Made by a program: the position numbers and the translations under genes. A DNA stretch of 64,000 bases from Puccinia triticina (Eukaryota), in contig CP110439.1 of NCBI GenBank assembly GCA_026914245.1, positions 6,448,001 to 6,512,000 on the forward strand, given 5' to 3'. Positions 39,126 through 51,344 of the stretch are shown here, in pieces; the stretch's first letter is position 1, and every line of letters starts with the position of its first letter. Below the pieces are notes generated by a model. It was not told the origin of the DNA, made no database searches, and saw nothing but the letters and a program-made list of their open reading frames with translations.

Positions 39126-40014
39126 GTCCCCCAATGGCTGGCCGCGGAGGCCGGGGGCGTTTCCGGGGCCCCGCGGGTGCTCAGACGCGCACGGGCGGGC
39201 CGCTGGCCCAGGCCGATCCCCCATCCTCCCCCCGCCGTTCCCGACGACGATTGATCCAAACGGCCGTGATAACCACCTTCAGATTGTTTTGGATCTTTTA
39301 TCGCTCAGATCGGCCACATATTATCGCGATGGCCTTATGACTACTAGATAGGTCTGTATCTTCTCATTACTTTTTGATCACTTTGTTGTTGTGATCGCTG
39401 ACCATTTTCAATCATACCAGATCATCTTGCTATTCCAATTGCACAAATAATGTGTTATCTTATTACGCGATTCAAGCCAGACCTATCTGTCTAATTCATC
39501 TCTCTATCTGCGAGTGCGTGTCTGGCGGCTTGGCGGGGGAAGGCAAGATGAAAGTTGGCGGCGATTCGAACTCTCGGATGTGGGCAACGCGACTGTGACT
39601 CTCGAAATCAGGCAATAGACGCAGCACTTCGGACTTCAGAACCCGCCAACAATCTTGGCCGACGGCCCTTTGCTGTCGACTATCAGTCTGCTCTCGTATC
39701 CGGCGAGCTGACAGATCGGTCCGCCGGGGCTGGCTGTCCCTGGTCACGCGAGGTAATAAGGTGACATCGATCGTGGACTGTGATGGACGGAGCGTGATGA
39801 GGAAGCCATTCATCTGGATGAACGACAGGCACGCAAAGCCGACCGGGCCAGTGCCGGAGACACAACAGCAGCCGGGGTTCCGGATCGAGGTGGTTTTGAT
39901 TGATGAGCGGCGGACGGGGATCATCAGGAGGTGAAGCTGTTCGAGGTGGGCAGGAAGTAGGCCAAGGGTCTCAAGGACTTCAGTACCTCGGCCACGCTAT
40001 ATCAGAAACTGTTA

Positions 40015-40240
40015 TTACGAGTCAGATTAATCGGTGGCTCGCTCTTATCTCTTATTTATCTCAATCGAGTAATATGAGTCAGATCAATCATTATGTCTAA
40101 TTTGTTTATGAGTCAGATCAATTGTCAACCAAGTAACATGAGTCAGATTGATTGTTATGTCTAGTTTCTTTATGAGTCAGATTAATCGGTCGCTTGCTCT
40201 TATCCCTTATTTATCTCAACCAGTAATATGAGTCAGATCC
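40015..40240. repeat. Cluster of ATGAGTCAGAT repeats
   Basis: TGAGTCA at 40075, 40109, 40139, 40173 and 40229, plus a CGAGTCA variant at ~40019. Confidence 0.85.
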
Positions 40241-41107
40241 CACAAATACACTTCTTCAGATATGATAATAAACAATAAAATCATAACCTTTGCTCAATGA
40301 AGCTTGTTGAATAAATTTATCAAGTATAATTTTAATGGAAAGCAAACATAACCTTGGCTACTATGAGCAAGTTATTGCTGAGGAGCTCCAACCACACATC
40401 TCTATGTAGTATAACAAAAGAAACAATTCATAACCAGCCATCATAATAACGGCCAATATGAGGACAACAAACTGTTAAATCTGAAACCAATTTTTGGCCT
40501 AACTGGAAAAGATTCATATCATTTTATGGGATCACTTGACTTGGGATATTCAAACTCAGGATAAACAATCAAGAACTCATGAACATCATCACCTGAACTC
40601 AAAATGGTGTTTGACCAAGTCTTCTTGTTTTGTGAACAGAAAATCATCAGTGGATAATCATTCAGGGGGAGGAGATAGGTACTTGGGCTTTTTCTGAATC
40701 TCAATTTTTATCTCATGTACTCAACAAATAGATATCTGTAGTAATCTAGTTCTCACTTTCATTGCCATTCTCAATAAGTCTGTAATTAATCAAATGTTCC
40801 TTATTAAATCTGATTCCTTGTTAGTATTTACCAACAAGAAATCAAATGAGTTTGCAATTGATAAGACCTCATCAATTGCAAACTCATTTACATATGACTG
40901 AATAAAATCCACTCATATTTGCACCCTTTCTGCATGAATGTCAGACTGTGAGGTCCTCACCCAATGGTTGAGCAATAAAACAACCTAAGGGTTTTGACAG
41001 ATGATATCTGTGAGTTGGTAAGATGGAAGTCATATTTCTAGAATGATAAATTAGACATTATGCACCAGAGGAGATCAAAGATTCAAAATCTTTACCCTGG
41101 GAAGATC

Positions 41108-41175
41108 AGTTGTTAAATTTGGCCAGACAGTCTGTTAAATTTGGCCACACAGTCTGTTAAATTTGGCCACACAGT
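41108..41175. repeat. 22-bp tandem repeat, 3 copies
   Basis: agtctgttaaatttggccacac. Confidence 0.85.
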
Positions 41176-42435
41176 GATAAGAATTGTGATATTTTGGTTT
41201 AGCAGTTGGATGGGGTCAGGCGCAAATTAAAATTTTCACACAGGATATAGGTCTCTGGAACAATTTTTTTTCACAAATAATATAGGTATCTTGAATTGAA
41301 ACTCTCACAGTTCTTTTGCGCAAATAAGCCCCAAAAACCCTTTAGGCTCCCAGTATGATTTAGCTGTAAATTCAAATTTCCACCCAAACTTGGGTTGGGC
41401 TGAGGAAGTTCTAGTCAATTCCAAACCTTGAGAAAGTAACCACTAATGGCTAGAATTGATAAAGTGACCTATCAAGTTCCACCTAGTTCAGTTTTCTTGT
41501 CAGCAGGGAGAACTCAAGTAACCTGTGGGTTGTCAAGAATTGGCCCAAACATATGTTTCTTTTTAAGTTTGGGCCAATTTTAAACAGCTTCATTTTACTG
41601 GATCAGAAGGGGCTTCAATGCTAGATATATTTTCATTTCTGGGTTGAGCATTGACATGTTCCAAAGAAAAAAGGCAAGGGAAATTATCAAAAATTTTACT
41701 TAAGACTTCTTGGGTCTTGTTCATTTTTGAAGGGAACTCTGCAGATGAAGTGGATACACATTTGGCCTTTATAGTTTTATATCCACATTCAGATTATCAG
41801 CTAAACTACTATTTCACTTGAAGATTGATCTGCGCCCCTACCAAGTGTGAATGTTCTCCTGGGGTGTTTTCGACCATTCTGGAATACCCTATACTATTAT
41901 CACAAACCAATCCAATTATGCTATAGTTGGCGAAACATGGAATTCTGGTCATGTCTTTATATTGGAAGATGTCTATGTGGAGGTAACATGGACCCAAGAT
42001 ATGTCTTTGGCTTGTACAGCCCAATTGTGAAGTAGATTTAGGACCATTTCTAAAGTGCTTCCTTGTGGAGAAACCCTCCAAGATAGCACAGCCTGGGGCT
42101 TTTGGCTTCATCATTATCCAGGGATAACCTTTTTGTTTTTATTCCACAATCTACTGGCTCATTTTTAAGGCTTTTTTGCCCATTAAGGTTAAGCCATCAG
42201 ATCCAGATCCAGGGTAGGAATTTTTCGGGCTGAAGTTCCTCACTCAGTAATATATACATAGCCTGCTTTCAAGGCAAGTCCTGGTATTCAATCATAAATA
42301 TTTACTGCATAAATACATACCTTGTTCAAATGGTTTCAACTATCTGGCTAGGTGTTCCGAGACATGGGTATCAGGAATTTAGCCCAAAGGTTGCACTGCA
42401 AACTCACTGCAACCCAACCGACCCAACGAAACAAA

Positions 42436-45400
42436 ATGCCTGCCTTTGAGGGTGATGGTGGCAAGAAACGGAAGCGGATACAAAAACCAAACACCTCGGC
42501 TGGTATAGCTTTAAAAAAATCACTTGATCTTGAAAGCCAACATGCACGACTCTCACAACCCACTCAACAACAGGGAAGCAATTGTTTTCAGCCCAAAAAT
42601 CGACAATCACCTCAATTTGAACTCAATCCTCTTGAAAGCTTTGGATTAGATGGGAATCAAGAAGATGTCGATCAAATGCAAAACCCAGTCACTGATCCAA
42701 AAGTCACCAGTCTTTTTGAGTATTTCCTAAGCAAACATTACAAACGGAAAAGAGAAACCGAAGAGAGACACTGGGAGGAAGTGCATGAAGGTATGTTCTC
42801 TTGGTATCAACAATGTGCAACTAAGACATCCAATTGGGGAAACCAGGAGTTGTGGAATTACGATTGGAAAGAGTTATGCAATTGCACTCACCACCGATCT
42901 CGCATGGTTGTTTTGATTGATCTTCTCAGTAAGTAATTTGGGATAATTTGATAAATCAATTTGGACAGATAATTGTTCCAACTCAAATGAGGAATTTAAT
43001 TCAACAGGTCGTAAAGAGGAAGAGGTTCACTTCTGCGAATGCCAACCCGACCAGATTAGGCTGATTCAAATGGGCTACATAGGTGGTTCCCCCAAGTTTC
43101 CTCAAACCGCATTTTCGATCAGACTGCTACAGTTCCACCATATCCTTTGAAAACACACCGCAGTTTCCATCAGCCCTTTTTCAAAAGCATTTGACGAGTT
43201 TCTGGACTTCAACAGCCCCCTTGTGGTGGTAAAAAAAAACCTTCCAGATGGCCAAACATCGTACAGTGTATGTCATTGATTATCAGTTTGTCAGATGGAT
43301 GTTGATGATGTGTTTTTCCTAGGCTCGGCAATGGCAACGAACATTGTCATCTGCTGTGGATGCCTATCGCGAGATGCTCAGGCGAGAGGAATTGCTGTCG
43401 GAGGAACTCTTGTCAATGGGACCCATGGATAAATTGGCTAATCTTTGCCCAAAGTTCTTCGGACCCCCTGTTCCTGGAAAAACTGAAAGCGAACCAGACT
43501 ATATTGTTTGTCTGGACGGAAACTTCCAACATAGAAGACATATGGCTGCCAGTGTAGAAATATCAAAAATCAAGACCCCAAGGCTATTTATTGCGCCTGA
43601 AGAGGTTAAAGACATGGAAATGTCTATGCGGACCGAAGTTGATTGCGGTCAAGTCAATATTAATGTGGTACGGTTGATTAATATATAATAACAGAAAAAC
43701 ATTTGTAACAAATGAAAATACTAATCATTGTTGGATATTCTATGATAGGACCCATGTACCGAGCAACATACTGCTGCCAACAATGTCCGATCAGCTAGCA
43801 CATGGGCCGGTTGTGATGATACTGGAATATTTGGAATGGCATGCCGACATGATCAACTATTAAGGATGATAAACATTGTTCAGAGCGGTGAGAAGTGAGC
43901 ACATCCCATTTTTAACCTAAGCAAATAGTTTAAATTGACACACTTCACCAAAATAACTAGGGCCTACTACCCAATGACAATGATGCAAAACATCTTATCA
44001 ACCACCAAGTCTGAATCAAATCAACAAATTCCAAAGAAAATTGGCTTCCTCTACGACATTGGATGTAATATTGAAAAAGGAATATTAAGGCGGAACCAAT
44101 TTTCTGGTGAAAGGAATTGTAACCAGCTCATGTTCGGAACCAGTGTGTTTCATGCTTATGTCCATGAATGGTCATGTCAACTGAAATATAACCCACGACT
44201 GAATGAAGGATGGGGAATGTCCGATGGAGAAGGAATGGAACGGAAGTGGTCTTCCTTATCTCCTTTGATCAGCCAACTCAGATACTCAACAAAAAATCAC
44301 CGACTGGTTGCATTGGACCTCAGTTCAACTCATCACAACGAAATTGGAAAGATTCATGCTTGTATGTGATATTATTATTGAGAAATTATGATGTAAAAAT
44401 ACTGTTTGGCTAAATAGATTATGTTAAATTCCAGTGAAGATGCTTTTGGATCGAGGTAAAGAAATTGAGAAGGTAATGCTATCATCCAAGGATAAAATAA
44501 CCCAAATAACCATTCAACACGGACACACTGTTGGTTACCTGCAAGAACAATGGATGAGGCAGCGAGAATGTCAGCTCTCGGTGATGGAAACCGATACAGA
44601 GAGAAAGCTGAAAGCTCAAGTGGAGGAATTGGTGGATTTGGAAGACAAAATAAGGGAGGCACAGTAAGGCATATTTAATTTAACTTAATATACTTTTTGA
44701 AATGATGCGAATTGATTTTTATTTTAGTGAAGAGCTAGTTTTGCTACAAAGAAGAAGAAGAAACCGTACCAAAGCTGAAAAAAATCAGATGGAACAACTT
44801 CCGAACACTCTTGTATCATTGGAGGAAGAGATTGAGAATGTTCTCCAGGAGCTTGGCTCCCAAGCATTCCGAAATCTTCCAGGGGCATCAGGTATTTATT
44901 ATTATTGCTCAAATAGACCGTTAGGAAGAAGAATTCATTCTTTTCTCTGCATGCAGATGCGGAAACAAAGCTATTAATCAAGTTGAAGATCAGCAAAGCT
45001 AAACTGTACGAGGCCAAAGTTGGTGTGTGCAAAACCCAGAAAAAATGGGATCAACCTAAATCAGGTCGGTACCATGTAGCATCTGGAAAGCAATGGATTC
45101 TGCTATATTTTGATTTGCACCTGACCTCAATTGTATCATTTAATAAGAATAGGTACCCGAGTGCAAGCAAGGTTTAAGAAGCTGATGAACTCAAAGATTA
45201 AACTTCTGAAAAACAAATGGATTTCATATAATACAAAGGCTCAGGATTATAACAACCGATTTTCCGCATCAACAAATCTAGATACACCCAATTTTGAAGC
45301 TATCAAGAAAATGAATCTGGATGATGTCTTTTGGAACTCCGGATTATTTACTCATCCACAGGAACCTTGGGCCGTTGAAAAGAGTATCCAGGAAGGAATC

Positions 45401-45967
45401 GAAGCATATCTCATCATGAGTCACAGCCAGGACGAGCTTCGCCGCATTGCACGGGAGGCTAGACAAGCGGTCCAGTGGGGAGTTGAGAAATCTGGGTGTC
45501 TAGAGAGGATATCGGAAATATTGTTACAATCAGGCAAGATTGATAATTTGTTTTGCTCATACATGAATGGGTAAACTGATTCTTTTTCCCTGGAGGATAT
45601 GATAGGTGATTCAAATGAAAATACTGCCTTGTCCGAGTTAACAGCCACTCATAAATTACCAAAATCAGTTCTCCAGTCCATCTATCAAAACCTGGCAAAG
45701 GTTCACTGCCGACTTTGGATGTCCTGGAACTCACACTGCTCAATTTTACTAGATTGGAGTGCAAAATATCTCAACATTCCGGGGTACAATGACACAAATC
45801 TTAAATGTCAGTGGGCCCGAGTCATTGAAAACTGTCAGCCTTTATGGGAAAAAATTGTAGGGGGCCCATCTGTCATTCTAGAATTTGAAAACCCACATGA
45901 CCAATTAGAAGAAAATCTTTTAGACAATGAGGAGATCCAAAGTAATAAAAATTGTAATGATTGTTGA
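42436..45967 (+). pseudogene. KDZ transposase with N-terminal CxC1-like cysteine cluster; multi-exon, in-frame TGA at 43148
   Basis: CNC...FCEC..DQIRLIQMGYIGGSPKFPQTAFS, VCLDGNFQHRRH, GMACRHD, FLYDIGC, SVFHAYVHEWSCQLKYNPR, GMSDGEGMERKWS. Confidence 0.92.
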
Positions 45968-46229
45968 AGTTAAATATCATTTTGAAAATTGGTATAATCA
46001 GGCAGTGTTACAACTGAAAACCGCGCGTTTGCGCAGCTCTAAATTGTAGGGGGCCCATCTGTCATTCTAGAATTTGAAAACCCACATGACCAATTAGAAG
46101 AAGATCTTTTAGACAATGAGGAGATCCAAAGTAATAAAAATTGTAATGATTGTTGAAGTTAAATATCATTTTGAAAATTGGTATAATCAGGCAGTGTTAC
46201 CACTGAAAACCGCGCGTTTGCGCAGCTCT
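45852..46229. repeat. 189-bp tandem duplication of the transposase 3' end
   Basis: aaattgtagggggcccatc...gcgcagctct at 45852 and 46041. Confidence 0.9.
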
Positions 46230-46577
46230 ACCACTGAAATCAGTGTGTTGGTGCTGCACTGCTCTTGCACTGCCCTACAGCTGAAATAAGTGCTTTTGCG
46301 CCGCAAACCCTCGGCTTTTACCATGTATGTTGGAAAGAATGTTTTTAATGCTGCTAGAGAATGACAAATTAGACCTGGGTACGGGTTGCACCGCCTGTTC
46401 GGGTGGTTTTTTTGCAAAACTCCAGCACCTGGCGCGTACCAGCAGTCTTTTTGGTGGTACACCGTTCGGCTAGTGGGATATGCGATGAACTAGACGGACC
46501 TTCCGAGGATAGTTCCACGGACGATGCGACCGTAGAGTTAGACGGTTGAATTGCCGAAGCCTGGCAGACAAAAATGT

Positions 46578-47344
46578 TGCTGTCGATCCGAGCATTGAAG
46601 AGTACAATGTAAAAGAAATCACAACACTAAGAGAGTTTATTTCATGGTTAGAATGAGGTTGGTCTATCTGACAAGCTCAGAGACAGAGAAAGAAATAAAC
46701 AAGTCATGTACCTAAGAGCGGAACTATTGCCGGCTCTGGTATGAGATAGAATAATAATGGGAGAAGACTGCTATGGCAGCTAGGACCACGAGATCGTGGG
46801 GAGAGGACAACTGTCTGGGATGAGCAATTGTGCTCGTTCAGGCTTGGTACTTTAACGTCCGCCGATACGAGTGAGAAGCGTGCCGGGACTGCTACGGTCT
46901 GTTATTGTAACAGATCTCTATATCAGTGACCGGCTACGCTTTGATGACTCTGCATCGAAGGACTTACCACTCGTTGAGGTGGAAATCCTTTCGATGAGGC
47001 TGGAACCGATTCGGTCTGAGTTGGCGTCGGGCGAATGCTTGCTGTAATTAGAACATTGTTCTTTTAATCAGCAGCTCGCTCCTCGGCTTGTAACAAACCC
47101 AAGGAGCACAGCTTACCTATTCGGTGTTGTGCTTCTCTTGGGACGTTTAGGCTCTTCGTCGGATGTAGACGTGGCTAGAAGGAGAGGAACAAAGTTTCAG
47201 CTTCTCGCCTACTCCTATTGTCTGAGAGTCTCATGCTTATGCATGGACCTGGGGGTCGCGCGGACTCACCATTCCCCCTTGCGGGGTTAGGGTTTCGCTC
47301 CTTGCGCTTCCTTTGCTCTGGGGCGGGCCCTGAGTCTTGAAACA
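46578..47344. mobile_element. LTR-like insertion related to the solo LTR at 8794-9611
   Basis: Shared blocks ttggcgtcggg, catatgcatgg-like, gggttagggttt, gagtcttga. Possible ATGT duplication; ends uncertain. Confidence 0.55.
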
Positions 47345-48360
47345 ATGTTTTTGACTGTGTCTTTAACAAAGTATCGCATCCCTTCCTGTCGAATTAAATC
47401 ACAGTTTGAGGCAGATAGGCGAGCCAAACTCAAAAGCGCATGAGGGGAACATGAAGTGCTTTCACGATGAAATTCTTCCCGTTTTCGCTTTTGATTTTGA
47501 TAAGACCGCGACCTTTAACGGATAACAATTGACCGCTAGCCACGCTGACAGCAGAATCGAAGGATTCGTAATTGGCGAAATAACGACGAGTTGGGAACAT
47601 GTGATCAGAACAGCAGCTATCTAAAAATATTAGACTGCTGTTCTGGACGACCGCCAACGCTTGAGGGTTGGACACACAGACGTAAACACCGCTCACGTCC
47701 TCCGAGGTCACCGCGTTTGCTTTCTTCTTCGCATTTTTCTCATTCATCCGTTTCTTGTAGGCCTCCGGAGCCTTGTTTGGATGCAGGTGGTAGCAATTTG
47801 CTCTAGTATGACGAGCATTTTCATTATGTTCACCGCCTTGACAGGTAGCGACAACAGTTTTCAAAGCCGACTCGGATTTGATAGTAACCGCATCTGAGCT
47901 GGTAGAAGGGTTTGAATTGTTGAGACTTAATGATTTAGAGTTAAGATATTGCTTGACTGTGTCAATGTCGATGGGACTTTTGTTCAAAAGGGGATCTTTA
48001 GTATACTCCAAATTTGAAGGCAATAAATTGACCAGATATTCAGCAAGAAGATGTTCGTCAAGAGTTCGTTTCTCCATCTTCACAATCTGAATTCCAACCA
48101 AACGAAGATGAGAAAGACCCAAGTCGATATCGGTAATAAATTGATCAAGATTAGAGATGTATCTGATTTTTAGAAAGTCTTGATAAACGACTGATTGATT
48201 TTGAGCCGATGCCGACTGAAAATGATTGATCAGAGCAGTCCAAATAAGGTGAGGCTGCTTTTTGTTGTCCTTGGTAATGAATTTGGCGTAGTTTTCTACT
48301 CCCAAATTTCGGCCTAGGATGCCAGCTGCAACTCCTTTTTGAAGTTTAAGAGTGGCTTTG
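47345..48360 (-). pseudogene. Ty1/Copia gag-protease relic
   Basis: IWTALINHF gag core, C..H..H..C knuckle-like motif, IFLDSCCSDHMF, KALHVP. Confidence 0.85.
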
Positions 48361-48719
48361 GCAATTGGATCCCTTTCGGATCAGCGCTTCTGCAGGGTGC
48401 TACTGCTAATTATAGCAGTTTGCTGCTGCTTGGACACTAATTTTAGCGCGCTGAATGTGGGATGTATTCACCACATGTACATATGTAGATTGGCTGACCA
48501 GGAAAACCAGCCCCAATCTTTTGCATTGACTGCTTGAAGGAATGAGTGCGCACTGTGAAGAACAACAAAGAGTCCTCCTCCCAACTACCATCATCAGCCA
48601 ATTTTCTCATCAATGCGCTTCCTGGCCAGCCAAAATCAACTTTCTGTTCCATCATCCTGTATGTTGGAGACTTGTCCTCTTGCCCTCCCTCAACCCTCAG
48701 CCCTCCTGCAGATTCTCAC

Positions 48720-49090
48720 TAGAGAATCTTCTGGCACACACAGGTGCCAGCAGTACCTGGGTTACCCACCTCTTTTTTGAAAAAAATAGGCACCTGTACT
48801 TGCACCTGGCACCAGGCAGCAGGTGCCACGGTTGTACCGGCAGTACTCTTCCGGAAAGAGTCCTTTTGGGATGAAAAGGCTATACAGCCTTGACTCCCGG
48901 AAGGGATTCCTATGACAACAAGGTTATACATCAGACTACCAGGCTAGAAAGCCTTTTTGCTGGCAAGTGATCCCTTGCCAACAAGGAGGCTGTATAGCCT
49001 TGTCTTCTGGTCTGGAAGAAATCTCTGGGAGACAAGGCTGTATAGCCTTTTCCTCCGCAAGGGATCTGATCCCTGTGGAGGTCTGGGGTG
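48720..49090. mobile_element. Degenerate hAT-MITE fragment (same family as 8727 and 33750)
   Basis: tagagaatc start, aaaaataggcacc, aaggctgtatagcctt units. Confidence 0.55.
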
Positions 49091-49249
49091 TGGGGATCTC
49101 TGGTGCTTTGCTACTGCTCTAAGGAACAGTTTTCTGCATGTGTTGATGCTAAAATGCTACTCTTGATCTAGAATCTGAAACACTAGGTTCTCTGAAAAGG
49201 ATGAAAGAATTATAAGCTGAGTTGGTGACTAGATTATCTGACATCTAAG

Positions 49250-49529
49250 CAACAGTGTAACAGCTTTGCTGCGGAATGCGCAGCTGTTTTGGAGGCTGCG
49301 TTGCTGCACTAAAAATAGTGGCCCCAACCGCTCTGCTACCCCAGTTTGGGCTGGGGAAAAAGTAACTACTTTTGGGGCTGGCTGATTAGTGGTCCCCCGC
49401 AGTGCTTAGCCTTTTTTTGGTCAACAGCAGTGGTTACACCATTTTTGGTGCCAAACGTGATAAATAAGCATGGATGATTTAAGTTAGCGTAACCACCTGC
49501 TGTAGCAAAGCGCCGCGTTTACACTCTTG
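49250..49529. mobile_element. Degenerate CAAC-ended MITE
   Basis: caacagtgtaa and ttacactcttg; flanks ATCTAAG and GTATAAG. Confidence 0.5.
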
Positions 49530-49775
49530 GTATAAGGCATAAACTTCACAATAAATGCTACCTATTGATACCTTGTTACTGTGAAGCCCCCTGCCAGCAG
49601 CAGTGTTTCACATCAAGGTTCATTGTATTACTGAGCCCCTGGCAAGGGATGAACATATAATTGTAGCACCTTACTTCCCCAGTCAGCGGAGAATTGGGCT
49701 TTCTTGGTCTCTCCTGGCTAGGTGAGATGGTTTACCTTTAACATCATCCCTGGAGAAATTTTGAAGTTGGATGAA

Positions 49776-50478
49776 GGGGCAGCCTAAATGCACTACCAAA
49801 CTTTACTACATGTACTCCAAAAATGGAGTGCACAATTGTGTACTCCAAAAATATAGGAGTGTACAACAGTTCACTCCATGAATTGCAGGAGTAAACATAT
49901 GGCTACTCCAGAAAATGTTCAATTTTTGGAGTGTGCAATCCTTGGACTAATAATATTTTGGATTGCACTATTGTGCACTCCTTTTTCAATTTTATTTTTA
50001 CATTTTTTGCTCTGAGAAATGGAGTGCAACACAATGCACTCCTATACTAAACATAAGGTCAACCTCCAAGACCTTCCAGGGTTGCTTGAACTTGTTCAAA
50101 AATGGCTGGACTTGAGTCTATATATATAATGATTTGGAGTCCCAAGTTTCCATTTTTTTCTGTTTGGTTTCCTTATCCATACAGAATAATTATGGTTTTG
50201 GTTATTTTCTTATTTTAGTTCTTAGTTAATTTGTCAAAGAAATTCATTTTCAATTTTTTCTGGATCTTAATTGATGAACTCCAAGTTCTTGAGATGCAAA
50301 GTTGTGCACTCCAGATTTGTTGGAGTGCACAGGATCAACATTGGAGTGCACACATGGTGCATTCCAGATTTTCAGAGTGCACAGGTTGTCTGCTGTAAAA
50401 CTTTGGGAGTAGACTAATTTTCACTCCAATATTTTGGAGTACATGTAGTAAAAGTTGGTAGTGCATTTAGAATGCCCC
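49776..50478. mobile_element. PIF/Harbinger (Tourist)-like MITE with ~45-bp TIR
   Basis: ggggcagcctaaatgcactaccaaactttactacatgtactccaaaa and its reverse complement. TTA on the right flank. Confidence 0.75.
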
Positions 50479-50749
50479 TTAGATAAATATATGGGCTTTA
50501 ATATTACTTTCCAATGCAGTGCATAGCACATCAATTAGAATCAGTTCCAGTAGTTTTAATTTGAATTTGATTTGAGTCCAATAATGCCTGGGAGAATTTA
50601 AGCTGGAATATTGGAATAAATTTGAATAATGGCTCAAAGGGGCGTGTAGAGGGCCAATTCAAGCTTCTCTGAGGCCCAAAGGCCCCAGATGAGTTTGCAC
50701 AGGCCCTCTACCAGCCCCTTTGGTGCAACACAAGAAAAAATCTGCCTCC

Positions 50750-51090
50750 GGCACTTTGAAAAGTGCGTCTGCCACTACAAAAAGTGCATCTGCATGAAAA
50801 TTGCGTCCACCACTATGAAAAGTGCGTCAGCCACTATGAAAAGTGCGTCTGCCACTACAAAAAAAGGCGTCTGCCACTATGAAAAGTGCATCTGCCACTA
50901 TGAAAAGTGTGGAGGCCAATATGAAAAGTGCATCCACCACTATGAAGAGTGCATCCACCACTATGAAAAGTGCATCCACCACTATGAAAAGTGAGTCTGC
51001 CACTATGAAAAGTGCGTCCCCCACTATGAAAATTGCGCCTGCCACTATCCAAAGTGCATCTGGCACTCTGGATAGTGCATCCACCATTAT
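50750..51090. repeat. 21-bp minisatellite (ccactatgaaaagtgcgtctg), about 15 copies
   Basis: Read directly; explains the periodic ORFs here. Confidence 0.92.
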
Positions 51091-51344
51091 GAGATATGCC
51101 TCTGGAAATATTATAAGCGCCTTTGGCACCATTATATTTTTGACCAATGACCCTGTCATAGAAATATGGCCCAGAAATGGGCCAAAATAAGTCAGAAACA
51201 CAAAAAATGTAATTTTTTTGGTGTTTTTGATGTAATTTGGAAGTTTTTCTGTTGAGCATCTCCAGATACTCAAATACTCAACAAATCAGCATTTGAGGAG
51301 CCCAAAAAACGCGTCAAATACCACCCTTCTATGCACTGTTCCAA

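Noticed and set aside
49791..50464. CACTA...TAGTG ends suggesting a CACTA element
   Set aside because: The inverted repeat extends further out to GGGGCA, and there is no 3-bp TSD at the CACTA boundary
50689..51273. Periodic ORFs (MKSASAT, HYEKC repeats)
   Set aside because: Translations of a 21-bp minisatellite
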